Made by a program: the position numbers and the translations under genes. A stretch of DNA of 64,000 bases from Octopus bimaculoides (lineage: Eukaryota), in NCBI RefSeq assembly GCF_001194135.2, contig NC_068999.1, forward strand, positions 16,432,876 to 16,496,875. The letters run 5' to 3'. The notes under the pieces are model-generated. The model did no database searches and had not been told where the DNA came from. It saw only the letters and a program-made list of their open reading frames with translations. Shown here piece by piece: positions 39,051 to 53,023 of this stretch (the first letter of the stretch is position 1; each line of letters opens with the position of its first letter).

Positions 39051-39441
39051 CTTCGTAACTATGGCAAGAGTACGGATACTTATTGATCAGAACTCGTGTA
39101 TATATNNNNNNNNNNNNNNNNNNNNNNNNNNNNNNNNNNNNNNNNNNNNNNNNNNNNNNNNNNNNNNNNNNNNNNNNNNNNNNNNNNNNNNNNNNNNNNN
39201 NNNNNNNNNNNNNNNNNNNNNNNNNNNNNNNNNNNNNNNNNNNNNNNNNNNNNNNNNNNNNNNNNNNNNNNNNNNNNNNNNNNNNNNNNNNNNNNNNNNN
39301 NNNNNNTATATATATATATATATGCACATCACAGACACCCATAATTATTTGTATGTTTAGTAATGATCTGGCTGTACAGTTGGTGCAATAAGTACTTTCT
39401 GTAAAAGTCACTTGAAAACATGTTTTCAGTGCTTTTGGGGG

Positions 39442-39481
39442 ATAAGTCTCATATACTCCAAATAAGTCTCATATACTCCAA
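39442..39481 (+). repeat. Perfect 20-bp tandem duplication ATAAGTCTCATATACTCCAA x2
   Basis: Directly visible. Confidence 0.95.
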
Positions 39482-39959
39482 TTTCTTTATCATTTTGCTC
39501 AATTCTGCAATTTCATGAATACCCTCACGAAATGTTGATGAAGCCGGGGCCGTGTCAACACTCAATATCATGTAGTTTCAAAGTGCAGTTTTAAGCTATA
39601 TACCCATGCGCGTGGCTTCAGTAATGTTATAAATTATGATATTACACGAAAGTATCTAATCTTTACATTATTTCCACGGATATAATCCTATAGACCTCAA
39701 ATAAAATGGGTTCTCATTTTACAGCCTACGCATAAACAACACATCTATCTATCTAGCACTCTAAATCCATACTTGACTTTGACTGAATGAATGTATGGAT
39801 ATATATATATATATACATGCATTCATACATATATATACACACATATATACACAAATATATACATACATAGTTATATATACGTACAAAGAGAGAGACGAAA
39901 AGTGACATGTATGTATCAATCTTTCTGTCTCTCTGTCTCTGTCTCTCCCTTTGTGTGTG

Positions 39960-40002
<43 letters not shown>

Positions 40003-40043
40003 NNNNNNNNNNNNNNNNNNNNNNNNNNNNNNNNNNNNNNNNN

Positions 40044-40088
<45 letters not shown>

Positions 40089-40636
40089 TATGTATGTATG
40101 TATGTATGTATGTATGCATGTATGTATATGTGGAACCGAAAGCATTTCGAAACATCATAGATCAATACTTATTAAAAGTGTAGAAATAATCCTGGAAATG
40201 TATTAAAGCCTCCATTTCACTGTAAACGGATGGATTATCATTTCTGCTTCTTACACCCAAGTTTTAGAACTTTCACGTGAACACTATAGTTTATAGAATC
40301 CAATCATCTCTTATTTACTCAAACAGAAACCGACAGTTTAATACGGATGAAAATAACAACAAAAATAACGATCGAACAAATGTCTGCGTGTTTGGTTTTA
40401 TTGTTTTAGCTTTTAATATTTCCTCTTACTCTCTTTCCTTTTTATTTTGTATATCATTTTATTTATGATATGATATCAAAACTCCTTTTATGTTACAATC
40501 CTCGAATCATAATCTAATGCGATTTTCCTATTCTAGAATTGGTTACATGAGGTGAGTATGTATATATATATATATATCTGTGTGTGTGTGTGTATGTGTG
40601 TGTTGGTGTATGTGTGTATACATATATGTATGTATG

Positions 40637-40689
<53 letters not shown>

Positions 40690-41125
40690 NNNNNNNNNNN
40701 NNNNNNNNNNNNNNNNNNNNNNNNNNNNNNNNNNNNNNNNNNNNNNNNNNNNNNNNNNNNNNNNNNNNNNNNNNNNNNNNNNNNNNNNNNNNNNNNNNNN
40801 NNNNNNNNNNNNNNNNNNNNNNNNNNNNNNNNNNNNNNNNNNNNNNNNNNNNNNNNNNNNNNNNNNNNNNNNNNNNNNNNNNNNNNNNNNNNNNNNNNNN
40901 NNNNNNNNNNNNNNNNNNNNNNNNNNNNNNNNNNNNNNNNNNNNNNNNNNNNNNNNNNNNNNNNNNNNNNNNNNNNNNNNNNNNNNNNNNNNNNNNNNNN
41001 NNNNNNNNNNNNNNNNNNNNNNNNNNNNNNNNNNNNNNNNNNNNNNNNNNNNNNNNNNNNNNNNNNNNNNNNNNNNNNNNNNNNNNNNNNNNNNNNNNNN
41101 NNNNNNNNNNNNNNNNNNNNNNNNN

Positions 41126-41469
41126 TGGTGGTGGTGGCGGTGCTGGTGGTGGTGATGATAATGATGATGATGATGATGAACATGATGATGATGATGACGA
41201 TGAACATGATGATGATGATGACGATGATGATGACGATGACGATGATGATGATGACGATGACGATGATGATGACGATGATGATGATGACGAAAATAATAAT
41301 TATGATGATGATGATGCTGATGATGACGACAATATTGATGATGACGATGATAATGATGACGATGTTGATGATGATGATGATGATGATGATGACGACGACG
41401 TTGCTTATGATGAGGATTATGACGACGACGGTGATGATAATGAAGATGATGATGATGATGAAGATGATG

Positions 41470-41502
<33 letters not shown>

Positions 41503-41519
41503 ATGATGCTGATGATGAT
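41126..41519. repeat. Long imperfect (GAT/GAC)n trinucleotide array (about 390 bp)
   Basis: Directly visible; source of the poly-D/M/I ORFs. Confidence 0.97.
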
Positions 41520-42973
41520 ATTTTCATGCCTTTCCTCCCTGTGTCAACTCTTACTGAGCAAATGTATGCCGAAAGGCGTTCCAGCCATGTCCATTCTTCT
41601 TATATGCTTCTCATATTTTTTTTTCTGTTGCAAGTCAGTAAAGTGCATTGATATCTAAGTATGGCGGTGATGACGATGGTATGTTTCTATAACGATTTCA
41701 CTAAATTTCGTTCACAGATGGAATATCTGCGTGCTTCCTGTATGCTGTTACTCTACTCGTAATTTTACTATTTAGTAATGTTTTGTAATTCGAAGCGAAA
41801 TTTCAAATGTGATTACAACTATGCTACTTCTGTGACAAACAATTACCCGAGATTCCATCCTAATTAGGTAATTAAATAATCTCTTGATGTTGTACGTTTT
41901 TCAATAGCTGTATACCTAGTGAATCACAGTTAAAAATAAATCTAATCAATATAACTGTCTCTCAATATCTATTATACATGATCCTAACATTGTCATCGTA
42001 CATATGTGGTAGTTTATTAGATAATGTGAATGTCACTGCCTGATGCTCACTTCTTTCCCAAGTCTTGTTGTTGTTAACAGAAAATTATCAGAATATTCTC
42101 GCAACGGAAATTAGAGGAAATCTCAAACAGTCTCTGGTGACTATTTTTTTTTCCTTCTTTGTCATCTCTCTTCTACATCACTAATAATTTGACAAGACTG
42201 TGTTTCTAACACCCCTTAAGACAAGTCGGAATATTTAGAATCGAAGAAAGAGAGTGGATATTATTAGATGTGCAATCAATAAATTATTTAATGAATATTA
42301 AGTGCGATTATTAAATTAACACATGATTAAAAATTAAAAAGTTTATGTTGGCCATTACCTCTTAATTAAGAATGTCTTTTAAGGTTTAAATCAAACCAAT
42401 CACAAAATCGATAGCGGTAAAACTTTTACTAGTTTTAATATAATAACTTTCAACCAATGTTTCCGATGTTTGCTTTTATTGGAAAGGTTCTTCTTTTATT
42501 CGATTATTCTTTTATTTAAATTACATTTTTTAAGGAAATTTTCATTTCCTTTACTCAATCTTTCCACGATAAATTAAACTGCTACAAGATGCAATAATCA
42601 AATTAAATTCTATGTGCTTTAATTGCAAAATGAAGGTGGACATTAGATTTTCAAGCAAGTTATGATATTCTATCATATTATGCATAGCTAATGTCACTTT
42701 GTTCAATTTAAGTGTGGTTCAATATTGGTTTCACTTCAAAAATACTGCCTCTCAGTATTGTGGAATTCTTGAAAGTGCAGCAACACCAACCATTCTAAGA
42801 ATATTCATTTTTTGTTGAAACATTTACGCAGAGCCTCGAAATTAATGACGGTTTTCCTAAATGTGATTTGCGTGCAAGTATTCTTGTGTTTGAATCCCGC
42901 TATAATCCTTATTTCAAAGACCACGTATCATAGCTCTGATATTGTTGAATATTAGTTTCCAATTTTGGAACAA

Positions 42974-43365
42974 GTGGAGGCGCAATGGCCCAGTGGTTAG
43001 GGCAGTGGACTCGCGGTCACAGGATCGCGGTTTCGATTCCCAGACAGGACGTTGTGAGTGTTTATTGAGCGAAAACACCTAAGGCTCTACGAAGCTCCGG
43101 CAGGGGATGGTGGCCAACCCTGCTGTACTCTTCCACCACAACTTTCTCTCACTCTTCCTTCCTGTTTCTGTTGTGCCTGTATTTCAAAGGATCAGCCTTG
43201 TCACACTGTGTCACGCTGAATATCCCCGAGAACTACGTTAAGCGTACACGTGTCTGTGGAGTGCTCAGCCACTTGCACGTTAATTTCACGAGCAGACTGT
43301 TCCGTTGGTCGGATCAACTGGAACCCTCGACGTCGTAAGCGACGGAGTGCCAACAACACAACAAC
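42974..43365 (+). mobile_element. Full-length tRNA(Arg)-like-headed SINE (OR-type) with (CAA)n tail and 12-bp TSD
   Basis: A-box TGGCCCAGTGGTTAGG, B-box GGTTTCGATTCCC, CORE-like GTGTTTATTGAGCGAAAACACCTAA; perfect TSD ATTTTGGAACAA at 42962-42973 and 43366-43377. Confidence 0.95.
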
Positions 43366-44985
43366 ATTTTGGAACAAAGCTAACAATTTGGGGGATAATT
43401 ACATCGATTCCCTGTGAATTTCCTACCAAATGAACAATTTACAGCACTTGATGCAGATTCATATGAGGATCTGTTAGCAAATGTACTCTATTCAAGCACT
43501 GTCACGTGCAAATATCGCGATCTGTCTTTTTTAATCGGTTGGTTTGACACCATATTTGAAGTAATCTTCTCTCAGTAACACAGCACATGACAAGAAAACT
43601 ATATGATGCAACAACAAAATAAATAAGACATTGATTAGATGCGCTTCGTATGAAATTAAAGTGCCTCTACAGTTCTGTTTCATTTCTATATAGGAGACAG
43701 TTTTCACAGCTGTGGAATCCTTTTGCATTTCATGCGACACTTTTGCATAACTTTAAAAATATATAGGAATTATGATTTGCCCTTGTCTGAATTTCGTCTG
43801 CCTACAAACCTTATTTGTCTTTTGACTTATTTCTATATTTTTGTGAAGGTTCTCTTATTGTTTGTTGTTTTTTTTTGCCACAGGTCAATATAAACTGAGT
43901 ATCTTCATAATCAAAAACATTCCGCCTCTAATCAAAGATATTGTAAGAAATTGTAATAGAGCCAAGCAAATAACACAAATCGAGCAAACGGGGAATTACT
44001 AATTTGGTCACTCACCTGGCTAAAAGCAACAGTAATATCTTTGGGGAAAGAAAACCCATTGTTTTCAACAAGGACACAATGCACAATTAAGTACTCTTGA
44101 CTAAGCTATGCAATTTGTCGAAAATTCAAGGTTGTAGTTTATATTATGAATGAAATATAATTGCAATTTGTAGCAGACTGATCGACGCCACATTAGCACA
44201 GTTTCTTTCAAATATGTTGAAGTTTTTGAATAAACACACCATATTTTAAAGAACATACACATTTTGTGGTCAATATTATAAATACGATTTTTTCCATTGG
44301 TCTTTTATTTTTCCTTTATTTATTTCTTTGTCATAAAGAAGTATTATACTAAAAATCAATTTTGATGTCATAAATTTATTGCAATCTGAAGATTTCATCT
44401 ACCGTGTTTTTTTATGGTTCATATTCTCTCATATCCTATTTTCAAACTCCTTAAACAGATTTCAAATCAACTATCGTGACTGACGTGTCAGATGTTGGTT
44501 CTGATTAGTCATGTCTCAAAGCCCCATTTTTTTTATGTTTATAGTTTATTTTAATCCAAATAAATGAATGGCGAAAGAGACAGAATGATAGATAATGTGA
44601 GAGGAGAAAAGACAGCAGAATCGTGTGACAACTACAGTGCGAAGCGATAGAGAGAAACTAGTGAAAGGAGAGAAACAGCGCAAATAGTGAGATATACACT
44701 GATACACGAAACTGAATGTCAGTATGCGATTGAGACAAAAAACAGAAACTGAAGAATACGATGAGAAGGATGGAGGTGCTTAGAAGATTGAGTTTCAAAG
44801 AGAAAGAAAGAAGGAAAAAATGGAAGAAAGAAGGAAAGAAAGAAAGAAAGAAAGAAACTGAAGAAAGAAATATTATAGAGTGGAAGGAATCGAGAGAGAA
44901 GATTTCAGATTCGAAGACGAAATGTATCAAGACAGAGGTTGAGGAGACTGGAAAAGAGAAAGCCGGGATATAGACAGGAAGGGAT

Positions 44986-45039
<54 letters not shown>

Positions 45040-45704
45040 GCATACATGTATATATCTATATATATATATATATGTGTGTGTGCGTGTGTATACAAATATA
45101 TGAACATGCATAATATATACATGTGTGTGTTTGTACGTGAAATGGAGTCATTGTGAGAAGGTGAAGAAGAGTGTTCTTATGCCAGATACTAAGAGACCGA
45201 GAGTGTTAAGCTAGATACTGAAAACGGAGAATCATTTTCACAGTGGAAAACTGCAAGTTAATGTCAACGTGTGGGAAATTTCATTTCATAAGATATAATT
45301 TTCTTTCTAAAACACTTTGACAAAGACATGCGTGCTATAGTTACCTGTTCATCAATTACTTAAATTTCATTCATTTTGTACCTGAGTATCTTACAAAATA
45401 CTATCATGAGTTTTTATATTATATAATTAGTAGATAATATAATTAATGTAGCACGGGTATAGATCACTTATGAACAGCGAAGTCACAGCAGTTCAGACAG
45501 CCCTACGGCTAAAATAATGCACAGCTTAGTGTGTAGTTTCAATATTTCAATCGTGTGAGATTCCTAAGAAACCGTGATCCGTCATCCTCGTATTTTTATG
45601 GTCTATGGTTTCTCATATTATCATATATCAACTTGCACCCCGGCTTTGTTTGGTTTCTGGAGCTGAGGAGAAGATAACTTCTCCGAAATTCATGCTCCCA
45701 ACAG

Positions 45705-45724
45705 ACTAAATAGGTGGCGCTGCA
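45705..45724 (+). promoter_or_regulatory. CTCF-like motif (TAGGTGGCGCTG core)
   Basis: 45711-45722 matches the 3' core of the bilaterian CTCF motif; the 5' CCAC part is absent. Confidence 0.2.
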
Positions 45725-46349
45725 AGCTTTGGGTGTATTTAAACCACTTTTTCAACAGCGAGAAATTTTCTCCGTGACAAAACACAGTGAACGGCTTTCT
45801 TACGAGTTCGAATACGCCTCAAGCATATTTAGCTCTTAACAGGTTTGTATTTTTAAGAAAAGTATGAAGATTATTGCCCAGTCCACTCTGATAATGTGTT
45901 TTGTCAACATAAGAAAGATCAGCGAATATTATTACTAGTAAGACACGTTGTCGAATATCCCCATATACACTTAAAAAAGCCTAGCATACTTTTTAAAGTA
46001 TGGACAAATTATTTCTTGTCTTAGATGTAAGCTTTAAATTGTTGCATTATACTATCACCCTATACGCTGCAAACAATCCAACATGATCGCTATGATTGTA
46101 TGAAATGACTGGTGGGAGTTTTTCATATTACACCCTATTGTTTTAAAAATGCTTCATTGGATAATGCTGTCGGTATTACATGCTTCTAAATCAATGAAAA
46201 TCGCTGACTTGAATGACATTAACTATACATTCCTTAAAATAGAATGTACCAGTAAGAATAATGAGGAATGAACTTATTAATATTCTTTAAACGTATTCTA
46301 TATTCCCGATTTTAAAAAAAATCACGCAAGAATAATTATATTTACTTGT

Positions 46350-46515
46350 AAGGCGGTGAGCTGTCAGAAATGTTAACATGTCGGAAAAAAATGCTTAAGG
46401 ACTTAAGTTCAAAAATCATTGTAGTAGACTTGCTTTTCATCTTTTCGGAGTCGATCAAATAAGTAACACTTGAGCACTGGGATCGATGAAATCAACAAAT
46501 CCTCTCTTGGTGCCG
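46350..46515 (+). mobile_element. Diverged Meta-like SINE with internal deletion
   Basis: aaggcggtgagctgtcagaaatgttaac...atgcttaagg...gttcaaa...gacttgcttttcatcttttcggagtcgatcaaataagta...actgggatcgat. Confidence 0.8.
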
Positions 46516-46823
46516 ATGTTTGAAAGAATTATATCTAATAGTAGATTATTACTTTAGATAATGTAACACAGACTTTAAGCACAAGTTTGAAGGCCGCATA
46601 GAAGTAATCAACAAATTGCTTATAATATCTGACAATAATCTTTACTGATTCCGATGAGAAAAATAAATTTAGTTCAAAGAGGATGAGATTGTTAAACAAA
46701 CATGAATCCAACATCATTTGGAAGACGTTTTAGCAGTTATTTTATTGGCTCGTTCACTTTACCACAATTATAATTACTTACAATCAGTATACAATGCATA
46801 CATACATCATATGTATGTGTGTG

Positions 46824-46859
<36 letters not shown>

Positions 46860-47725
46860 CGAGTGTGTGTGTGTGTGCTACATTTTTGATTTCATTTTAC
46901 TTCTTCGTACCGTTCTTGAAAATTAATATCATAATTCTCAGAAGTCACATCAAAATATTCATTGACGTCACTCAGAACCATGTAAAATTTAAAAAAAAAA
47001 AAACAGAACGAAAGAAGAAACAAAAGCAAGATTCTACTACAACCAGATTTTCTATAAATCCAGTCGGACAGATGTATTATATTTTTTTTCCTGAGTGTGT
47101 TACTCGTTTTGTGTTTATATACGTACGTATGTATGTACGTATCTATGTATGTATATATGTATGTACGTCCGTATCTATATATATGTACGTACGTATCTAT
47201 GTATGTATATATGTATGTACACACATATGCACACAAGCACTCAGACGCAAACATAAATATAAACATATACTTATTTTTCTTCTTTCCACTTAAAATACGA
47301 GTGAAGCAACGTCTGCTGCGTACATAGTAATTCTTACAATAAATGCAACTCTAGTTATGTTTCCTCAAGATGAACTACATTCAGGTTCGACTATAACTTG
47401 ACCATCGATTTTCAGTGGCCTCACTTTTCTAGCTTGTTTCAAACACATTAACTTCCAAAGAAGTTTTTTTATTTTTTTTTTTACTTTTTTATGAGACAGT
47501 TGTAAATGTTTTTTCTACATATTTTTTTTTTACAGGAAGAGGCACAATCTCTGCACACCGTTTGTTTTGTTAGTGAATACATATGTATAAAATTACACAC
47601 ACGCACAAATGCGCGCGCACGGCCACACAGACACATACGCACAAACACACACATATATATATACGCAGATATATAAACATACATAATATTTATATACTTA
47701 TGCATATATTTCTATCTTTCAATCC

Positions 47726-47781
<56 letters not shown>

Positions 47782-48285
47782 ATGTATATTACACACACAC
47801 ACATATGTATGTATATATATATATATATATATATATTGTGGGTGTATATGTGCTTTGTTTTTTATGTATCAGTTTGTTTTCGCGCGAGTACTATAATGCT
47901 TTCTATTATATGAAAGTAGAGGATAGCCATTAGGCTGATAGCTATACAATATATCCACAATTTCCTTTTGATCAGATCAGTCAAAGTGTTGGAGAATGTA
48001 TATTTTTAGATGTCTTTTATTCTGTTTTCCATTTCGTTGCCAAGATTTTTCTTTTTAAAAGTCAGAACTAATATGAAAGTAGATTGTGTAGAAATAAGAC
48101 TGGTTTCGTTTATGTATATTTATGTATCAATTTAGAGCTTGCTTCTGTTTTATGACCATATTTTTTGTGGTCTTTAAGAGTCTGCTATTGAAGAACGAAG
48201 ACAATGCCACTTGATGGATGTAAAGTATATTTGTAATAACAAATCTAAAAAGAATATATTGATATCTATATATGTATCTTTTTGT

Positions 48286-48327
<42 letters not shown>

Positions 48328-50055
48328 NNNNNNNNNNNNNNNNNNNNNNNNNNNNNNNNNNNNNNNNNNNNNNNNNNNNNNNNNNNNNNNNNNNNNNNNN
48401 NNNNNNNNNNNNNNNNNNNNNNNNNNNNNNNNNNNNNNNNNNNNNNNNNNNNNNNNNNNNNNNNNNNNNNNNNNNNNNNNNNNNNNNNNNNNNNNNNNNN
48501 NNNNNNNNNNNNNNNNNNNNNNNNNNNNNNNNNNNNNNNNNNNNNNNNNNNNNNNNNNNNNNNNNNNNNNNNNNNNNNNNNNNNNNNNNNNNNNNNNNNN
48601 NNNNNNNNNNNNNNNNNNNNNNNNNNNNNNNNNNNNNNNNNNNNNNNNNNNNNNNNNNNNNNNNNNNNNNNNNNNNNNNNNNNNNNNNNNNNNNNNNNNN
48701 NNNNNNNNNNNNNNNNNNNNNNNNNNNNNNNNNNNNNNNNNNNNNNNNNNNNNNNNNNNNNNNNNNNNNNNNNNNNNNNNNNNNNNNNNNNNNNNNNNNN
48801 NNNNNNNNNNNNNNNNNNNNNNNNNNNNNNNNNNNNNNNNNNNNNNNNNNNNNNNNNNNNNNNNNNNNNNNNNNNNNNNNNNNNNNNNNNNNNNNNNNNN
48901 NNNNNNNNNNNNNNNNNNNNNNNNNNNNNNNNTATATATATATATATGATGCTCATGTGTCAATATCTCTATGTGTAACTGAAAACGATTTTGAACAGAT
49001 GAGGTATGAAAATCAGTCTTGGTTGTTCCTGTAACGTGACGACATTTACCATCAGCCAAGCACATTGGTGCTGGCATCTGTTGGTGTAAGAAGATTGAGA
49101 TATGGCTTTTAGTCAAGACATTTATCGTAGAATTAAAGCAGCTTAGCCACATGAACCAGCTGCGTTTAATACAAGGACTGAATTTTTAATACATGAACAT
49201 GGTATACAAATGAGCAAAAGGTGAACTTGAACGCAACTGACAAATCTTATTTGAAGACTGGGCGACATATGCAGAGATTTTGATACAAAGTGGAGAATTT
49301 TCCAGATCTTACAATAACAGACAGTTTAGCCATCGGTTGGGGTGAATACATAAAACGGGTTGAATGACTCGGGAGACATCTTAAACACTTGAGAAATTTT
49401 TTGATGTTGCTCTCATAAAAATAAATACAATACTAGCTGTTTACAAAATTACACCTACCGTATGCTCCCAAGTCCCACAGAGCAATTTAAGGTACCTCAG
49501 AAAGCATTTTAACACTTCCTACTCATGACCACTAAAGTCACAACATTCTCAACAGTAAATAATTAACGCTTGAAACAGTGCAACATTAAAGCTATGCTTA
49601 TACATAATTATGTTATCACATTCAAACTGCGTATCTTGTCTGACAAGCAAATTCATTATTCTACTAATGTTACTCAAATTTCTTAAAATTTTCACGTAAT
49701 CTTCCCGACAAATATTTTATATGTAAAAGTTAGCAGTTTGTAAGAGACGCAAATCAGCAAATTACGTCCCTTATCTATTCTAACACCTCTATTTTCTTTA
49801 CTCTCTTCATTTCTCACTATTTGTAGATTTTTCCAGTTTTTTACACAAGGAGCCGCATCTGGAGTGCTTGACGCAATGGAAAGCTGAAAACCTGCTAACG
49901 AGATCATGTGATGTTAATCTACTTTTTTATATGCATATTAAGTAGGGTGTCTTGAGCTTCAGAAACAAGAGCACACAAACATATCTATATATCTGTGAAT
50001 ATGTGTGTGCCTAAAAGTAAAAAAAGATCTTTGTCTAATAATCAAACATATATAC

Positions 50056-50056
<1 letters not shown>

Positions 50057-50086
<30 letters not shown>

Positions 50087-50302
50087 TGTATGTATGTATG
50101 TATGTATGTATGTGCAGATTTGTATGTTTTATGTATGTACTCTCATTCAAATAGTTACATATCTAGACCTGCTCATATATATTTAAATGAGTAACTGGAA
50201 GGTTTTACAGATTTCTTCAGTTCCAGTGATGGACTGCATCTGTAGTCTTCGAATCTTTCTCAAAATTGGTATTTAGGCAGTGTGTTACATATCCCAGGGC
50301 CC
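50057..50302 (-). mobile_element. R4/Dong-type (RLE) LINE 3' fragment B
   Basis: Encodes ALGYVTHCLNTNFEK, then after a deletion IRRLQMQSITGTEEICKTFQ, followed by a 3'UTR ending in (CATA)n. Confidence 0.8.
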
Positions 50303-50304
50303 TG

Positions 50305-50476
50305 AATGTATGAATGTATGTATTTATATGCGAAGATTTGTATGTGTTGCTTATGTATGTATTCTCATGCATATAGTTGCATATATAAATATCTTCATAT
50401 ATATTTAAATGATAAACTTCTGGAAAGGTTTTATAGATTTTCACAATTCCAGTTATAGATTGGATCTGTAATCTTC
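50305..50476 (-). mobile_element. R4/Dong-type LINE 3' fragment A
   Basis: Encodes RLQIQSITGIVKIYKTF with the same 3'UTR as fragment B; bounded by CATA tracts on both sides. Confidence 0.8.
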
Positions 50477-50520
50477 TATGTATGTATGTATGTATGTATG
50501 GATGTCTCTACTATATTTTA

Positions 50521-50873
50521 ATTATTATAAGTCTTACACTGAGGAGAGAAACGGTTTCCAACAAAGATACAAGGCTCCATCTTTGAGATGTAGTTAACAT
50601 GGATAAATTCACATTTAGGTTTTGAGAAAAGTTTTGCATATTTTTACCGTTCCACTCTCAGACTGGACTTGTAATGGACGAATTAGCCGATCGATTTCTC
50701 TTTCTGAAAATCTCACTTTATCCACATAATCCTTTAAGCATTTACTAACAAAACCTAGTCCTCCAATTATTATTGGCATGAATGTGAATTCATTGTATGG
50801 GTATAGAAGCTGGAGGTTTCGAGCGTTGTACATAGATATCCTCTTTCTCTTTGATATATAAAAAGATATTTAT
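50521..50873 (-). pseudogene. R4/Dong-type LINE C-terminus (post-RLE domain) and 3'UTR, fragment C
   Basis: KEKEDIY...RNLQLLYPYNEFTFMPIIIGGLGFVSKCLKDYVDKVRFSEREIDRLIRPLQVQSESGTVKICKTFLKT*. PI(V/I)IG(A/G)LG...LQ...GT..I is the C-terminal signature of R4/Dong RLE retrotransposons; short (TAA)n tail. Confidence 0.85.
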
Positions 50874-51326
50874 ATATGTATGGATGCATGTATGCATGTA
50901 TGTTGCATGTACGTACGTAATTGTGCTTTTGTGTATATATATATATATATATATACGTGTGTGTGTGTGTGTGTTTACGTGTATGTATGTGTGTGTGTGT
51001 GTGTGTGACATAACCATAGAGTAACACTTGCGCGTCCTTAGATTATAATGATAACGCTCTTTCAACCTAAGTACCGATCTTTGATTAGTATCTTGTGACT
51101 GGTCGAAGCGAAATGACCAGTAGGCACATGAAACCACAGATTTTACACACAAATATTCCTCTACTCAAAGGATGTATTGACAAGAGCTAATAGTCCTCCA
51201 CTCTCAGTGATTTTACTGCACCCTGACAGGTGCCGTTACTCTGTGACCTGAATAGATCTTGGAACAATGGTAGCTAAGAGGTTATTCCAAATTCCTCAAA
51301 ACACTGGAAGTCCTGAAATACCCCAC

Positions 51327-51385
<59 letters not shown>

Positions 51386-52239
51386 TATATAGTAATGGTA
51401 GCTTATTCGAAATTAGAAGGTACATAACCATATGGTCGTCTAGCTTCTAAATGTTAAAGACATTTTCAGAAAGCTGTGATAATTTCTACGAGTTATTTCT
51501 TAAAGAATCCCCATAATTATTTCTTATATGTATGTGGTCTTTAATTATTTTCATTATGTATATTATATCTTTCTATATTATGATCCGATTACATACATTA
51601 AATAATTTACTCGTGTTTATTTATATTCATCTATCAGAGAAAATTCCGAAACATATCAATATAATCTTTACTCAAAGATCGTCAATAAACCAGCCGTGAG
51701 TTTAGTATTACAAAACAGAAAATAGTCTATCTTCTATGTACCTACAACACACTTTAATACAATACTGACATTCATTTCTACTCGCAGTGGTTATGTTATA
51801 CTAGATATATTTCAGTTATAGTAAAATAAACACAGAGCATACTATCTCACGAATTACAACTGAGATATTGTCTATCAACAAATGTGCAGTGTCAAGCATC
51901 TTAACTATTCATCACCGATAAGATAAACAATACTGCATCACTTATGAGGGATTGTGTGTCTCCCTTAAAACATCGCACGTTGTATTCTTACCTCATAACT
52001 AAATTAACAGTATAATTGAAAGCTGTTTTTACTTATATTTCCGTCGTTTGGGGCTATGCCCCCTGTTTGTTATTGCTTCAGATAATATTAGTAATGTTAA
52101 GTATGATCAAGGTGTTATTGATGTTGCCTTCTTGTATAGTGTGTTCTTCGCAGTCCTTAATGTTATTGTAGATTTAATTTCTTTTCTTTTGTATCTCCTT
52201 GCTCATGTCAAGTTGGTTGCTGGTTTCATTTCCCCGGCA

Positions 52240-52382
52240 ACGACGACAGCAACAACAACAACAACGTCAATAACAACAACAAGAACACAACATCAACAAT
52301 AACAAGAACACGATCAACAATACTACCAGCAGTAAGAGCAAAATAAATGGCAACAGCAGTAGCAGCAGGATTAGCAGCAGAA
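52240..52382. repeat. Imperfect (CAA)n/(CAG)n array
   Basis: Directly visible. Confidence 0.88.
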
Positions 52383-52894
52383 GCATCTAACATTATGCAG
52401 TGATGAATCACACTCATGCTTGTTGGCAATTTGCCTCCAAGAAAATACGCTTGTTGAAGTGAAACTGGGGAAAGATATATTCCGATTCTGTCGCGGAATA
52501 TAGACATTTCCTTGGAGCAAGCCAAACATTTATTGAACTCTTCAAAACAGAAAATGTCAAACCTGACAGAGTGAATCATTGAAAGAGAAGATTATGATGA
52601 TAGATATGACGCTGAATAAATAACCCAAAATATTTCTGTTTGCGTCTTCTCTTTATCTGTTCCTTTTTGCTTGTCTCAGATTGTTTTTGTCAGTATTCTT
52701 TCCTTTTTATTCGTATAAATACACACATAGTGCGTGTGGTGAGGTGTGTGTGTGTGTGTGTGTAGTGAATGTGTGTGCCTGCGCGCATGTGTATGTGTGT
52801 GTGTGTGTGCTCGTATTCCATCCATACACTCACAAACATAAATGCGTACAAACATATGTATATGTGTGTGTGTGTATCTATCTATCTTTGAGAA

Positions 52895-52968
52895 AGATGA
52901 CAACGACGATGATGACGACGATGATGACGACGACGACGTCGATGGTGGTGATGATGTTGTTGATGATA

Positions 52969-53011
<43 letters not shown>

Positions 53012-53023
53012 CAATGATGATGA
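52895..53023. repeat. (GAC/GAT)n trinucleotide array
   Basis: Directly visible. Confidence 0.95.

Noticed and set aside
40533-41658. Poly-D/M/I 'acidic protein' ORFs
   Set aside because: Pure (GAT)n microsatellite, open in several frames on both strands, and joined across a gap.
42974-43050. tRNA gene (also the heads at 2920-2994, 10031, 30113, 61417)
   Set aside because: A and B boxes are present but there is no acceptor stem or poly-T terminator; each continues into a SINE body.
13319-43365. Inverted SINE pair as an ADAR dsRNA substrate
   Set aside because: The copies are about 29 kb apart and there is no evidence they share a transcript.
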